A stretch of 56,619 nucleotides of DNA from Deltaproteobacteria bacterium (GTDB lineage Bacteria > Desulfobacterota > BSN033 > UBA1163): contig JBBIRM010000004.1 in the NCBI GenBank assembly GCA_037441765.1, positions 1 to 56,619 on the forward strand. Reading direction: 5' to 3'. Both the position numbers and the translations under genes were made by a program. Positions 46,723 through 56,619 of this stretch are shown one piece after another (within the stretch, counting starts at the first letter, position 1; every line of letters starts with the position of its first letter). Under the pieces are notes generated by a model. The model was given only the letters and a program-made list of their open reading frames with translations, made no database searches and was not told the origin of the DNA.

Positions 46723-47688
46723 TTGAAATTAATCCTTAATGGGACTAATATGATTTTTGGAGTGAAAGGGACCCCCTATCCAATCGATTTTAGGCATCTT
46801 GAAACCTTTTGCCGAGTGGCAGAATTAAAGAGCTTCACAAAGGCAGCCGAAGATCTATGCCTTACTCAACCCACTATTAGTGGCCATATTCTCTCTCTCG
46901 AACAATCCCTTTCTCTACGCCTTTTTGATCGGGCTGGGAGGAAAATCCGACTAACCAAGGCAGGACAAGTCTTACTCCAGTATACGGAAAAAATCCTTTC
47001 CCTTCGAAAAGAATTACTGAATGCATTAAGTGAATTCTCCAATGGGATCAGGGGGGAACTCTCTCTTGGTGCGAGCACAATCCCAGGGGAATATATCCTT
47101 CCTAAATTGATGGGGGATTTCAAGAGGGATCATCCTTTCTTCACCCTTTCTCTCAAAATTGCCGATACCCATGAGGTTATTCAATATGTTTTACAAGGCC
47201 AAGTTGAATTCGGGATCATCGGGGCGAAATTGAACCACCCCTCCCTCTCCTATGAGAAATTTGAAGAGGACGAAATCATTGTCATCGCTTCACCTGATAC
47301 ATCACCTCTTCATAAGAAAAAGATGAATCTGGAAAAGTTGACCAAAGAGCCCTGGATCATCCGTGAGGAAGGATCTGGCACCCAGATGGCTGTTGAAAAA
47401 GCACTCAAAAAGAGCGGGCTCAGTTTGAAACAATTTAATGTGGTTATGGAAATGGGAAGCACCTCTTCTGTGAAGGAAGGGGTGAAGGCAGGATTGGGCA
47501 TGGCCTTTATCTCTAAAAAAGCGGTAAAAGAAGAATTGAAACAGGGAATTCTTTCCCAGATAGAGATAGAGGGAATAGAGCCTATCTCACGTCAAATCTA
47601 CATTGTTCAACATCGGGGGAGAACGCTCTCTCCTATTGGAATGGAATTTCTCAGATTTCTAAGAAAAACCAGGATAGAAGACGATTAA
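46723..47688 (+). CDS. LysR-family transcriptional regulator
   Basis: HTH FTKAAEDLCLTQPTISGHILSLE plus a LysR substrate-binding domain. The likely start is the ATG at 46750. Confidence 0.85.
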   Translation: MKLILNGTNMIFGVKGTPYPIDFRHLETFCRVAELKSFTKAAEDLCLTQPTISGHILSLEQSLSLRLFDRAGRKIRLTKAGQVLLQYTEKILSLRKELLNALSEFSNGIRGELSLGASTIPGEYILPKLMGDFKRDHPFFTLSLKIADTHEVIQYVLQGQVEFGIIGAKLNHPSLSYEKFEEDEIIVIASPDTSPLHKKKMNLEKLTKEPWIIREEGSGTQMAVEKALKKSGLSLKQFNVVMEMGSTSSVKEGVKAGLGMAFISKKAVKEELKQGILSQIEIEGIEPISRQIYIVQHRGRTLSPIGMEFLRFLRKTRIEDD

Positions 47689-47690
47689 AA

Positions 47691-48443
47691 GTGAAACCCT
47701 TGAGACGACCAAAAATATCTATTTTATTGAAGATGGGGGTATTCTCTTTACTCCTCCACATCCTGCTTGTTGTTCTCCTCACGCTTAACCCCTGGCCGAC
47801 TTTTATTAAACCCCAACCGAGGGCTTACACCGTCACCCTGATGCCTGTTACAATGAGGGAATCAGAAATTCCACCTCCCCTAACTCAATCTGTTACGAAA
47901 GAGGAAAAAATCGAACCCGTTGAAAAGATAAAACCTAAGGCAAAACCTATTGAGAAGCCCAAAAAGAATGAGATCGTAGAAAAGGTGAAAAAGAAAGAGA
48001 TCGATGAGCAGTCTCTCAAACGTCTCCAAAAGGCGCTTGAAGAGATTCGTAAAAAAGCAGCACTCGATGAAATCCAAAAAAGGATTGCCCAAAGGGAAAA
48101 AAGGGAGGAACCAACCTCTCACATCTCCGCCACCTCCATTACACCAGCAGAGTTGGAGTCGAAACTGAATGAGTATTATGGGAGGGTCTGGCTGAAGATC
48201 AAAGAGAGTTGGACGATCCCTGAAAATTTGATTAAAGAAATAGTTGACTTGGAATCCATTATCGTTTTAATAATAGGAAGGGATGGTAAGGTCCAAAAAT
48301 GGTGGTTTGAAAAAAAATCTGGAAATAATCTCTATGACCAATCCGTTGCAAGAGCCATCAAGAAGGCAGATCCCCTTCCTCCTATTCCTAAGGAATTGGG
48401 GGAAAAAAGCCTTGAGATTGGAATTCGATTCTACCCAGAATAA
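47691..48443 (+). CDS. TolA/TonB-family protein (N-terminal anchor, Lys/Glu-rich linker, TonB_C-like domain)
   Basis: TM helix GVFSLLLHILLVVLL, a KPKxKP/EK-rich spacer and a C-terminal ~90-aa TonB_C-like domain. It lies directly upstream of tolB. Confidence 0.7.
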   Translation: MKPLRRPKISILLKMGVFSLLLHILLVVLLTLNPWPTFIKPQPRAYTVTLMPVTMRESEIPPPLTQSVTKEEKIEPVEKIKPKAKPIEKPKKNEIVEKVKKKEIDEQSLKRLQKALEEIRKKAALDEIQKRIAQREKREEPTSHISATSITPAELESKLNEYYGRVWLKIKESWTIPENLIKEIVDLESIIVLIIGRDGKVQKWWFEKKSGNNLYDQSVARAIKKADPLPPIPKELGEKSLEIGIRFYPE

Positions 48444-49751
48444 ATGAAGAGACGTTTCTTTTGGATTCTTATTTCCTTCCTTCTTATTTCCATCTCCTCC
48501 ATGGGAGAGGCAAGGGTCTATCTCGATATTAATGCTCCGGCATTTGTCCCCATTCCGATTGTTATGCCAAAGTGGAGATCAGCGGATAGGGCACTTTCTC
48601 CTCTTCCAACAAAAGTCTACGAAATCTTGACCAATGACCTCACCCTTTCAGGTTTTTTTAAAGTAATTGATCATCATCATCTCCCTCCACAACTCCAGGA
48701 TAAAGAGGGGATTCCGAGTCCGACGGGATGGCAGGAATGGACTTCCTCAGGCGGGGAAATCCTTTTGGTGGGGGAAACACTTCAAATTTCTGAAAACCTC
48801 TTGCAATTAAAGTTTTATCTATTTGATTTAGTGGAACAGAAACACCTGGTTGGGAAACAATATGAAGACCATCCCAAAAATTTACGAAGCATGGTTCACA
48901 GAATTTCTGACGAAGTCGTTCTTCAATTAACCGGGGAGAAAGGGGTTCATAATACGAAGATTGCCTATGTGGTTCAGCAGGGAAAAAGCAAAGAAATCTT
49001 TGTTGCTGATTTCGATGGATTTAATATCAAACAGATTACCCAGAATCAATCCCTCAATCTCAATCCTTCCTGGTCCCCTGATAACAAAAAGATTGCCTTT
49101 ACATCCTATCTCCGTCGAAATCCAGATCTCTATTTGATTGATATCGATGGGAAAAATTTAGAAAGAATCTCCTCCCACCCGGGCCTTAATTTTGCTGCTT
49201 CCTGGTCACCGGATGGGAAAAAGATTGCCCTGATGATGGGGTTTGAAGGAAAATCAGACATCTATGTCATGGATACGAATGGGAGAAATTTAAAACGACT
49301 GACCAAAGGACATGGAAACGAGGCCTCCCCCACCTGGTCTCCTGATGGCCAGTGGATCGCCTTTGTTTCGGATCGATCAGGGACCCCTCAAATCTATATC
49401 ATGTCATCGGATGGGTCCAATGTCCGCCGCTTAACCTTCGAAGGGAGTTACAATACCAACCCTGCCTGGTCTCCAAAAGGAGATCGGATTGCCTATTGCG
49501 GTAGGGCAGAAGGCCGTTATCATATCTTCACCATTGGAGTGGATGGATCAGGCATCCGCAAAATCACCTCTCATTCTGGAAATAGTGAAAGCCCTTGCTG
49601 GTCCCCCGATGGACGCTATATTGCCTTTAGTTCAAACCAGACCGGGGCCTCAAAGATTTACATTACCAATATGAATGGTTATAATATGAGGCCGTTAACC
49701 TCATCGAAAGGAGGTGAAACAAGTCCAGCATGGTCAAGATACTTTGATTAG
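48444..49751 (+). CDS. tolB: Tol-Pal system beta-propeller protein TolB
   Basis: Signal peptide, TolB N-domain and repeated WSPDG propeller blades. Confidence 0.9.
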   Translation: MKRRFFWILISFLLISISSMGEARVYLDINAPAFVPIPIVMPKWRSADRALSPLPTKVYEILTNDLTLSGFFKVIDHHHLPPQLQDKEGIPSPTGWQEWTSSGGEILLVGETLQISENLLQLKFYLFDLVEQKHLVGKQYEDHPKNLRSMVHRISDEVVLQLTGEKGVHNTKIAYVVQQGKSKEIFVADFDGFNIKQITQNQSLNLNPSWSPDNKKIAFTSYLRRNPDLYLIDIDGKNLERISSHPGLNFAASWSPDGKKIALMMGFEGKSDIYVMDTNGRNLKRLTKGHGNEASPTWSPDGQWIAFVSDRSGTPQIYIMSSDGSNVRRLTFEGSYNTNPAWSPKGDRIAYCGRAEGRYHIFTIGVDGSGIRKITSHSGNSESPCWSPDGRYIAFSSNQTGASKIYITNMNGYNMRPLTSSKGGETSPAWSRYFD

Positions 49752-49788
49752 TGATCGGTTCAAAATTAATTTTTAAAGGAGGTTGACA

Positions 49789-50364
49789 ATGAGGAAGAAA
49801 GGTCTTTTTTTAACTATTTTGGTTCTATGCTTTGGACTGATGGTATGGGGTTGTCCAAAGAAGACGGTGGTGAAGGAAGAACCTTCGGTTAAGAAAGAAA
49901 AAGAAGAGACAGCAAGGATCGAACGCGAGGCAAAGCCAAAAGAGGAGGGGAAAAAGGAACTGGAAAAATTTGAAAAAAGTCTTGTGGCTAAAAAAGAGCC
50001 TGGTATCGAAGGGGTAGTCTTCGAAAGCAGTTTATTGAAAGATATTCACTTCGACTTTGATAAATATGATATTCGTCCTCAGGATGCAGAAATTTTAAAA
50101 GAGAATGCAGCACTCTTAAAAAAATATCCTACGGTTAAGATTCAGATTGAAGGCCACTGCGACGAAAGAGGGACCAATGAGTATAACATGGCCCTTGGTG
50201 AAAGGCGGGCAAACAGCACGAAGAACTATCTCATATCCCTCGGCATCCCTGCAGAGAGGATGACCACCATCAGTTATGGCGAGGAGAGACCTGTTGACCC
50301 TGGCCATAATGAAGAGGCATGGGCAAAGAACCGAAGGGCACATTTCGTCATCACCGCAAAATAA
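49789..50364 (+). CDS. pal: peptidoglycan-associated lipoprotein (OmpA-like)
   Basis: Lipobox-like VWGC and OmpA_C motif [20 protein letters not shown]. An AAGGAGG RBS lies 6 nt upstream of the ATG at 49789. Confidence 0.88.
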   Translation: MRKKGLFLTILVLCFGLMVWGCPKKTVVKEEPSVKKEKEETARIEREAKPKEEGKKELEKFEKSLVAKKEPGIEGVVFESSLLKDIHFDFDKYDIRPQDAEILKENAALLKKYPTVKIQIEGHCDERGTNEYNMALGERRANSTKNYLISLGIPAERMTTISYGEERPVDPGHNEEAWAKNRRAHFVITAK

Positions 50365-50412
50365 GGAAATTACCTCTGGAATCGTTAAGAATCGTTCCAG
50401 GGGTATCTAATT

Positions 50413-51291
50413 TTGGAGGTTAAATTGAAAAAAAACCATTGCCATAAAGGTGGAGTATATGTCTGTCTCCTCTTTCTCCTTTTAGGATGTGCCACAACTA
50501 AGGATGTCAAAATCCTTGATGAAGAGATTTATAAGCTTCAGCAACAAGTGAATCAACTTAGAAAGGAGAAAGAAACGCTCAAAGAGGAGTTATCCCAACA
50601 GACGGTTGAAAACCAGAAGTTGAAGGCTGACCTCCTGCTACGCCTCGAAACGCTCCAATCTGATGTCCGAACCCTTTCCACAGGGGTCGAAGAGTATAAG
50701 GAATTTTTAAAAAGGCCTTCAAAAGAGATTGATCGAATGAGAGATGATTTGGAGTTTCGTATAAAAATCCTTGATGATAAAAGTAAAACCAATGAAGAAA
50801 GGCTTAGGGATTTAGAGGTCCGTTTAAAAGAAGTGGAATCCAGCCAGTTAAAGCTCTCTGAATCCATCTCTAAACCAGTAGAAACGGAAACCCCTAAGGA
50901 ATGGAAGGGGATCTCTGCAGGTGTGGGAGATCTTTATAAGGATGCCTACGAAACCCTTCAGAGGGGAGAGATCGATGGTGCGAGAAGGAAATTTGAGGCC
51001 TTTCTTAAACAGTATCCCAACACGGAACTCTCTGATAACGCCCAATTCTGGATTGGAGAGACCTACTATTTAAAAAAAGATTTTGAAAAGGCCATTCTGG
51101 AGTATGAAAAGGCTATTGCTAAATATCCAGAGGGAGATAAAATTCCTGCAGCACTGTTTAAGCAGGCCCTCGCTTTCTTAGAACTTGGCGATAAGACCAA
51201 CGCCAGAAATTTATTGAGAAGGGTCATTGAAAAATATCCTAATTCAGACCAAGCAGAAAGGGCCAAAAAGAAATTGGAGACCATTAAATAA
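50413..51291 (+). CDS. cpoB: Tol-Pal-associated coiled-coil/TPR protein (CpoB/YbgF-like)
   Basis: LLGC lipobox-like signal, a long coiled coil, and a C-terminal TPR (YbgF-type: AQFWIGETYY...ALFKQA). TTG start at 50413 or, better placed relative to GGAGG, at 50425. Confidence 0.75.
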   Translation: MEVKLKKNHCHKGGVYVCLLFLLLGCATTKDVKILDEEIYKLQQQVNQLRKEKETLKEELSQQTVENQKLKADLLLRLETLQSDVRTLSTGVEEYKEFLKRPSKEIDRMRDDLEFRIKILDDKSKTNEERLRDLEVRLKEVESSQLKLSESISKPVETETPKEWKGISAGVGDLYKDAYETLQRGEIDGARRKFEAFLKQYPNTELSDNAQFWIGETYYLKKDFEKAILEYEKAIAKYPEGDKIPAALFKQALAFLELGDKTNARNLLRRVIEKYPNSDQAERAKKKLETIK

Positions 51292-51335
51292 CGCTTTCCA
51301 CTTCTTTTCACCCTTTTCACCATAATTCGTTAAAC

Positions 51336-51368
51336 AAAAAAGCCCCTTTTCAGGAGAAGGGGCTTTTT
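51336..51368. terminator. bidirectional Rho-independent terminator between cpoB and rpoC
   Basis: gcccctt (51342-51348) pairs with aaggggc (51357-51363) around an 8-nt loop. An A-run lies on one side and a T-run on the other. Confidence 0.8.
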
Positions 51369-51397
51369 ATTTACAAAATGTTTTTCATCCCTCTTTC

Positions 51398-54300
51398 TTA
51401 AGCGGCTGTTTTTTCTGGTTTTTCTCCTTCACCTCCGGGTTGAGCCTCCTCACCCATGTAGCCTTCTACCCATAACTCTAATTGTTTGTATTTAGGGAGG
51501 CCGGTTCCTGCAGGGATAAGACGTCCCATTATCACATTCTCCTTTAAACCCTTTAAATAATCGACTTTCCCTGCCACAGCGGCCTGGGTGAGAACTTTGG
51601 TGGTCTCCTGGAAAGAAGCAGCAGAGATAAAACTATCTGTAATCAGAGAAGCCTTGGTAATTCCCAAAAAGAGTGGTTCTGCTACCGCAGGCCTTCCCCC
51701 CTCCCTTAAGACCCTTGCATTCTCTTCTTCAAATACATATCTCTCTACCTGGTCGTCTACTAAGAAGCGAGTATCCCCAACCTCCTTAATCTTCACTCGT
51801 TTAAGCATCTGACGTACAATCACCTCAATATGTTTATCATTGATCTTAACACCTTGAAGTTTGTAAACTTCCTGAATCTCATCGACCAGGTATCGGGCCA
51901 GGGCCTTATCCCCCAATACCCTCAGGATATCATGGGGGTTTGAGGGGCCATCCATCAAAGGCTCCCCTGCTTTGACAAAATCGCCTTCGTGAACACTGAC
52001 ATGTTTCCCTCTGGGGATTATATACTCTTTGGGTTCTCCTACGTCAGGTCGGACGATCACCTTCCTCTTGCCTTTAAGGTCTTTTCCAAATTCAACCACC
52101 CCATTAATATCGCTGATCAGGGCATACTCTTTTGGCCTTCTTGCTTCAAAAAGCTCAGCCACTCGGGGAAGCCCACCTGTAATATCTTTCGTTTTGGTCG
52201 TCTCACGAGGTATCTTCACAATGATATCTCCTGCCTCGACCATATCCCCTTCAGAGACAAATATGTTTGCTCCTACTGGAAGCAGATATCGTGCCTGGGA
52301 GGTAGACCCAGGAAGGTTCATAGTTTTTCCCTTCTCATCCTTGATCGAAATCCTTGGACGAAGTTCAGGGTCTTTTGATTCAATGATCACCTTTCGAGAT
52401 AGCCCTGTAAACTCATCGACCTGCTCCTGCATGGTGACGCCTTCAATGATATCTCCAAATTTAACTCGCCCTGCTACCTCTGTAAGCACAGGGATGGAAT
52501 AAGGATCCCACTCTGCCAATATATCCCCTTCCTTTACTTTCTGCCCATCTTTTACCCTCAATTTGGCTCCATAGATCACTGAATAACGGCGCCTTTCTCT
52601 TCCCTCTTCATCAATAATGGCAATCTCCCCGTTTCGGTTCATCACGATAAGATTCCCTTCTCTGTTCTTGACTGTCTTGAGGCTGTGAAATTTTACCTTT
52701 CCATCAATTCTCGCCTCTAAGGCAGTCTGCTCAGCACGCCGGCTTGCGGTCCCACCTATATGGAAGGTCCTCATGGTCAACTGGGTGCCGGGCTCCCCGA
52801 TCGATTGAGCGGCGATAATACCAATGGCTTCTCCGACATTGACCAATCTCCCCCGGGCCAAATCCCTTCCATAGCAGAGTGCGCAGACCCCTCTTTTTGC
52901 CTTACAGGTGAGCACAGAGCGGATCTTCACCTTCTCAATACCAGCATCCTCAATCCGCTCGGAAAGTGTTTCATCAATCTCTTGATTTCCCTTAACAATA
53001 ATTTCATCGGTGAAGGGGTCGCGAATGTCTTCCAGTGCAACTCGACCAAGAATCCTATCCTTCATAGATTCAATGATCTCTCCACCCTCGATGAGAGATG
53101 CCACATCAATTCCATCCATTGTTCCACAATCGTATTCAGTGATCACGACATCCTGAGCGACATCCACCAGTCTCCGGGTAAGATACCCTGCATTGGCCGT
53201 TTTCAGTGCAGTGTCAGCAAGTCCTTTTCTCGCTCCATGGGTTGAGATAAAATACTGCAACACCGTAAGACCTTCCCTGAAGTTTGCGGTGATGGGAGTC
53301 TCGATAATCTCCCCTGAAGGCTTGGCCATTAGGCCACGCATACCTGCCAACTGTCTCACCTGTTGAGCACTGCCTCGAGCTCCAGAGTCGGCCATCATAA
53401 AGATGGGGTTAAAACTTTGTGTGGTCCTCTTCTCACCTGTCGGAGACTCTACCTGCTCCGTGCCCAATTCCTTAAGCATAACACTTGCGATGTTTTCTGT
53501 GACCTGGGCCCAAATGTCGATGACCTTATTATATCTTTCCCCGTCTGTGATCAGTCCCTCAGTGTACTGTTCCTGAACCTTTTCAATCTCCTTCTGAGCT
53601 TCCTGGAGGAGGGCATCTTTATTGGAAGGGATCATCATATCATCAATGGAGATGGAAAGCCCGGCAAGGGTGGCATATCGGTAACCTAAGTCTTTCAGGC
53701 GGTCAGAAAGAATAACTGTCTTCTTCTCACCACAGAAACGATAACAATAGTCAATGAGATTTGCTAGTTCTCCCTTCTTCATGACCTTATTGATCAAACT
53801 GAAAGGGATCTCCTCTGGAAGGATTTCTTTAAGCAAAACCCTCCCTACGGTCGCCTCCACATGTTCGCCATTAATTCGTACTTTGATCTTAGCGTGGAGG
53901 TCAACTTCCTTGGCATCATAAGCCATCCGGACCTCTTCAGGATTTGAAAATCTTTTACCCTCTCCTTTAACAAAGGGACGCTCTCGGGTCATATAATAGA
54001 TACCCAGAACAATATCCTGGGTTGGAACAATTATAGGTTTCCCATTGGCTGGCGAGAGGATATTATTGGTTGACATCATCAGCACTCTTGCCTCTGCCTG
54101 GGCCTCTACAGAGAGAGGAATGTGGACAGCCATCTGGTCTCCATCAAAATCGGCATTAAAGGCCGAGCAGACGAGCGGGTGAAGTTGAATGGCCTTCCCC
54201 TCGATCAAAATAGGCTCAAAGGCCTGGATTCCCAAGCGATGAAGCGTAGGTGCCCGGTTTAGGAGCACAGGATGTTCCCGAATCACTTCATCGAGAACAT

Positions 54301-55576
54301 CCCAAACTTCGGGTTTCTCTTTCTCCAACATCTTCTTCGCACTCTTGATGGTTGTGGCTAAACCCTTTTCTTCCAATCGTTGGTAAATAAAAGGTTTAAA
54401 CAGTTCAAGGGCCATCTTTTTGGGAAGCCCACATTGATGCAGTTTCAATTCTGGTCCAACCACAATCACCGAACGGCCTGAATAATCCACCCTTTTCCCT
54501 AAAAGGTTCTGTCTGAACCGGCCCTGCTTTCCTCTTAGCATATCGCTCAGGGACTTGAGGGGTTTTTTATTGGCCCCCAGGATTGTCCTGCCTCTCTTCC
54601 CATTATCAAAGAGGGCGTCCACCGCTTCTTGAAGCATGCGTTTTTCATTTCGGATAATGATCTCTGGCGCATTTAGTTCAAGAAGTCGTTTAAGACGATT
54701 GTTTCTATTAATCACCCTCCGGTAAAGATCGTTTAGGTCTGAAGTTGCAAATCGGCCTCCATCCAAAGGGACAAGGGGTCGAAGATCAGGAGGGATTACC
54801 GGGATGACTTCTAAGATCATCCATTCCGGTTTATTCCCTGATTCTAAAAAGGCCTCGATGATCTTGAGCCTTTTTGCAAGCCTCCGCCTCTTGGCCTCAG
54901 AGGTCGTCTCCTTCATTTCTGCTCTGAGTTTTTGGGAAAGTTCATTTACATCTGTATTTCTTAACAATTCACGTATCGCCTCTGCCCCTTGACCGGCCAC
55001 GAACTCATCTCCATATTTTTCCCTTGCCTCGCGGTAACGATCTTCAGAGAGAATCTCTCCCTTCTTCAAAGGAGTCTTTTTCCCATCAAGAACGAGATAG
55101 GCCTCAAAATAGAGGATGCGTTCCAATTCCCTTAAGGTCATATCGGCAAGAATGCCGATCTTACTCGGGATGCTTTTCAAAAACCAGATATGGGCTACCG
55201 GAGTGGCCAATCTGATATGCCCCATCCGCTCCCTTCGCACCTTCGATTGGATGACCTCAACCCCACATTTTTCACATACAATCCCCCGATGTTTCATCCT
55301 TTTATACTTCCCGCAATTACATTCATAATCCTTCGTGGGACCAAAGATCTTTGCACAAAAGAGGCCATCCTTCTCGGGTTTGAAGGTCCGATAATTGATG
55401 GTCTCCGGTTTCTTCACCTCTCCGTGGGACCACGATTCAATCTTCTCCGGCGAAGCGATGGAAATCCGAATGGCGTTAAAATTAATAGGTCCTTTTCCTT
55501 TCTCAATAAATGACAGGTAGTCTTCCAAGGTCTCCTCCTTTTTAGAACGATGAACCATAAATTGCTTATCGTCCAT
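51398..55576 (-). CDS. rpoC: DNA-directed RNA polymerase subunit beta'
   Basis: 1392 aa with the Zn-finger CNCGKYK...CEKCG, the NADFDGD catalytic motif, the bridge helix and the trigger loop. Confidence 0.98.
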   Translation of the reverse strand: MDDKQFMVHRSKKEETLEDYLSFIEKGKGPINFNAIRISIASPEKIESWSHGEVKKPETINYRTFKPEKDGLFCAKIFGPTKDYECNCGKYKRMKHRGIVCEKCGVEVIQSKVRRERMGHIRLATPVAHIWFLKSIPSKIGILADMTLRELERILYFEAYLVLDGKKTPLKKGEILSEDRYREAREKYGDEFVAGQGAEAIRELLRNTDVNELSQKLRAEMKETTSEAKRRRLAKRLKIIEAFLESGNKPEWMILEVIPVIPPDLRPLVPLDGGRFATSDLNDLYRRVINRNNRLKRLLELNAPEIIIRNEKRMLQEAVDALFDNGKRGRTILGANKKPLKSLSDMLRGKQGRFRQNLLGKRVDYSGRSVIVVGPELKLHQCGLPKKMALELFKPFIYQRLEEKGLATTIKSAKKMLEKEKPEVWDVLDEVIREHPVLLNRAPTLHRLGIQAFEPILIEGKAIQLHPLVCSAFNADFDGDQMAVHIPLSVEAQAEARVLMMSTNNILSPANGKPIIVPTQDIVLGIYYMTRERPFVKGEGKRFSNPEEVRMAYDAKEVDLHAKIKVRINGEHVEATVGRVLLKEILPEEIPFSLINKVMKKGELANLIDYCYRFCGEKKTVILSDRLKDLGYRYATLAGLSISIDDMMIPSNKDALLQEAQKEIEKVQEQYTEGLITDGERYNKVIDIWAQVTENIASVMLKELGTEQVESPTGEKRTTQSFNPIFMMADSGARGSAQQVRQLAGMRGLMAKPSGEIIETPITANFREGLTVLQYFISTHGARKGLADTALKTANAGYLTRRLVDVAQDVVITEYDCGTMDGIDVASLIEGGEIIESMKDRILGRVALEDIRDPFTDEIIVKGNQEIDETLSERIEDAGIEKVKIRSVLTCKAKRGVCALCYGRDLARGRLVNVGEAIGIIAAQSIGEPGTQLTMRTFHIGGTASRRAEQTALEARIDGKVKFHSLKTVKNREGNLIVMNRNGEIAIIDEEGRERRRYSVIYGAKLRVKDGQKVKEGDILAEWDPYSIPVLTEVAGRVKFGDIIEGVTMQEQVDEFTGLSRKVIIESKDPELRPRISIKDEKGKTMNLPGSTSQARYLLPVGANIFVSEGDMVEAGDIIVKIPRETTKTKDITGGLPRVAELFEARRPKEYALISDINGVVEFGKDLKGKRKVIVRPDVGEPKEYIIPRGKHVSVHEGDFVKAGEPLMDGPSNPHDILRVLGDKALARYLVDEIQEVYKLQGVKINDKHIEVIVRQMLKRVKIKEVGDTRFLVDDQVERYVFEEENARVLREGGRPAVAEPLFLGITKASLITDSFISAASFQETTKVLTQAAVAGKVDYLKGLKENVIMGRLIPAGTGLPKYKQLELWVEGYMGEEAQPGGEGEKPEKTAA

Positions 55577-55588
55577 CGCTTTATCGTT

Positions 55589-56619
<1,031 letters not shown>

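Noticed and set aside
52029-52502. + strand ORFs inside rpoC (51588-51812, 51989-52502, 52760-53245, 53363-53689, 54804-55513).
   Set aside because: They are antisense to rpoC, which is unambiguous and continuous over 1392 aa. Their compositions are typical of non-coding frames.

Overview
This is a 56.6-kb chromosomal window from a diderm bacterium (TolB-Pal cluster, secretin remnant). GC looks like roughly 40-45% by eye. The gene content suggests an anaerobe or microaerophile: tungstate uptake, ADP-forming acetyl-CoA synthetase, a B12-radical-SAM enzyme and an exported SOR-like protein. I cannot assign a taxon without a database search.

Most of the window is housekeeping:
- greA, a tupABC-like tungstate transporter with a fused HTH-PBP regulator, Fe/Mn SOD and chorismate mutase.
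- An RRM RNA-binding protein followed by rpsU.
- glnS, hisS, a phosphomannomutase-type mutase, uppP and uvrB-uvrC.
- groES-groEL, tolA-like/tolB/pal/cpoB, rpoC and the 3' part of rpoB.
- tRNA-Glu(CUC) and tRNA-Gln(CUG).

The parts worth a second look:
1. A 12-kb minus-strand cluster holds a Liv-type ABC importer, two CoA ligases, an RdhA/QueG-like Fe-S protein and an acyl-CoA dehydrogenase. It is bracketed by an intact tRNA-Glu and a degenerate direct copy of that tRNA's 3' half. A 59-bp inverted repeat pair (56/59) lies just inside both ends. No integrase is present.
2. A 116-nt repeat (about 95% identical) sits upstream of both greA and groES. It is followed in both places by an 18-nt box at a fixed distance from a TTGACA -35 hexamer. 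No CIRCE element is visible.
3. A U32-like protein and a B12-binding radical SAM protein form an adjacent pair of unknown function.
4. A rhomboid protease is fused to a DnaJ-C-terminal-like domain.
5. An orphan GHKL/MORC-like ATPase lies next to the island boundary.
6. An exported desulfoferrodoxin-fold protein is co-transcribed with a tiny 2-TM protein, next to an IscU-like scaffold.
7. A decayed IS (Zn-ribbon ORF plus a transposase N-terminus) is fused to the 3' stump of a secretin gene.

I saw no CRISPR array, rRNA, reverse transcriptase or recognisable toxin-antitoxin pair. All functional calls rest on motif recognition in the supplied translations and on manual alignment. No database search was possible.
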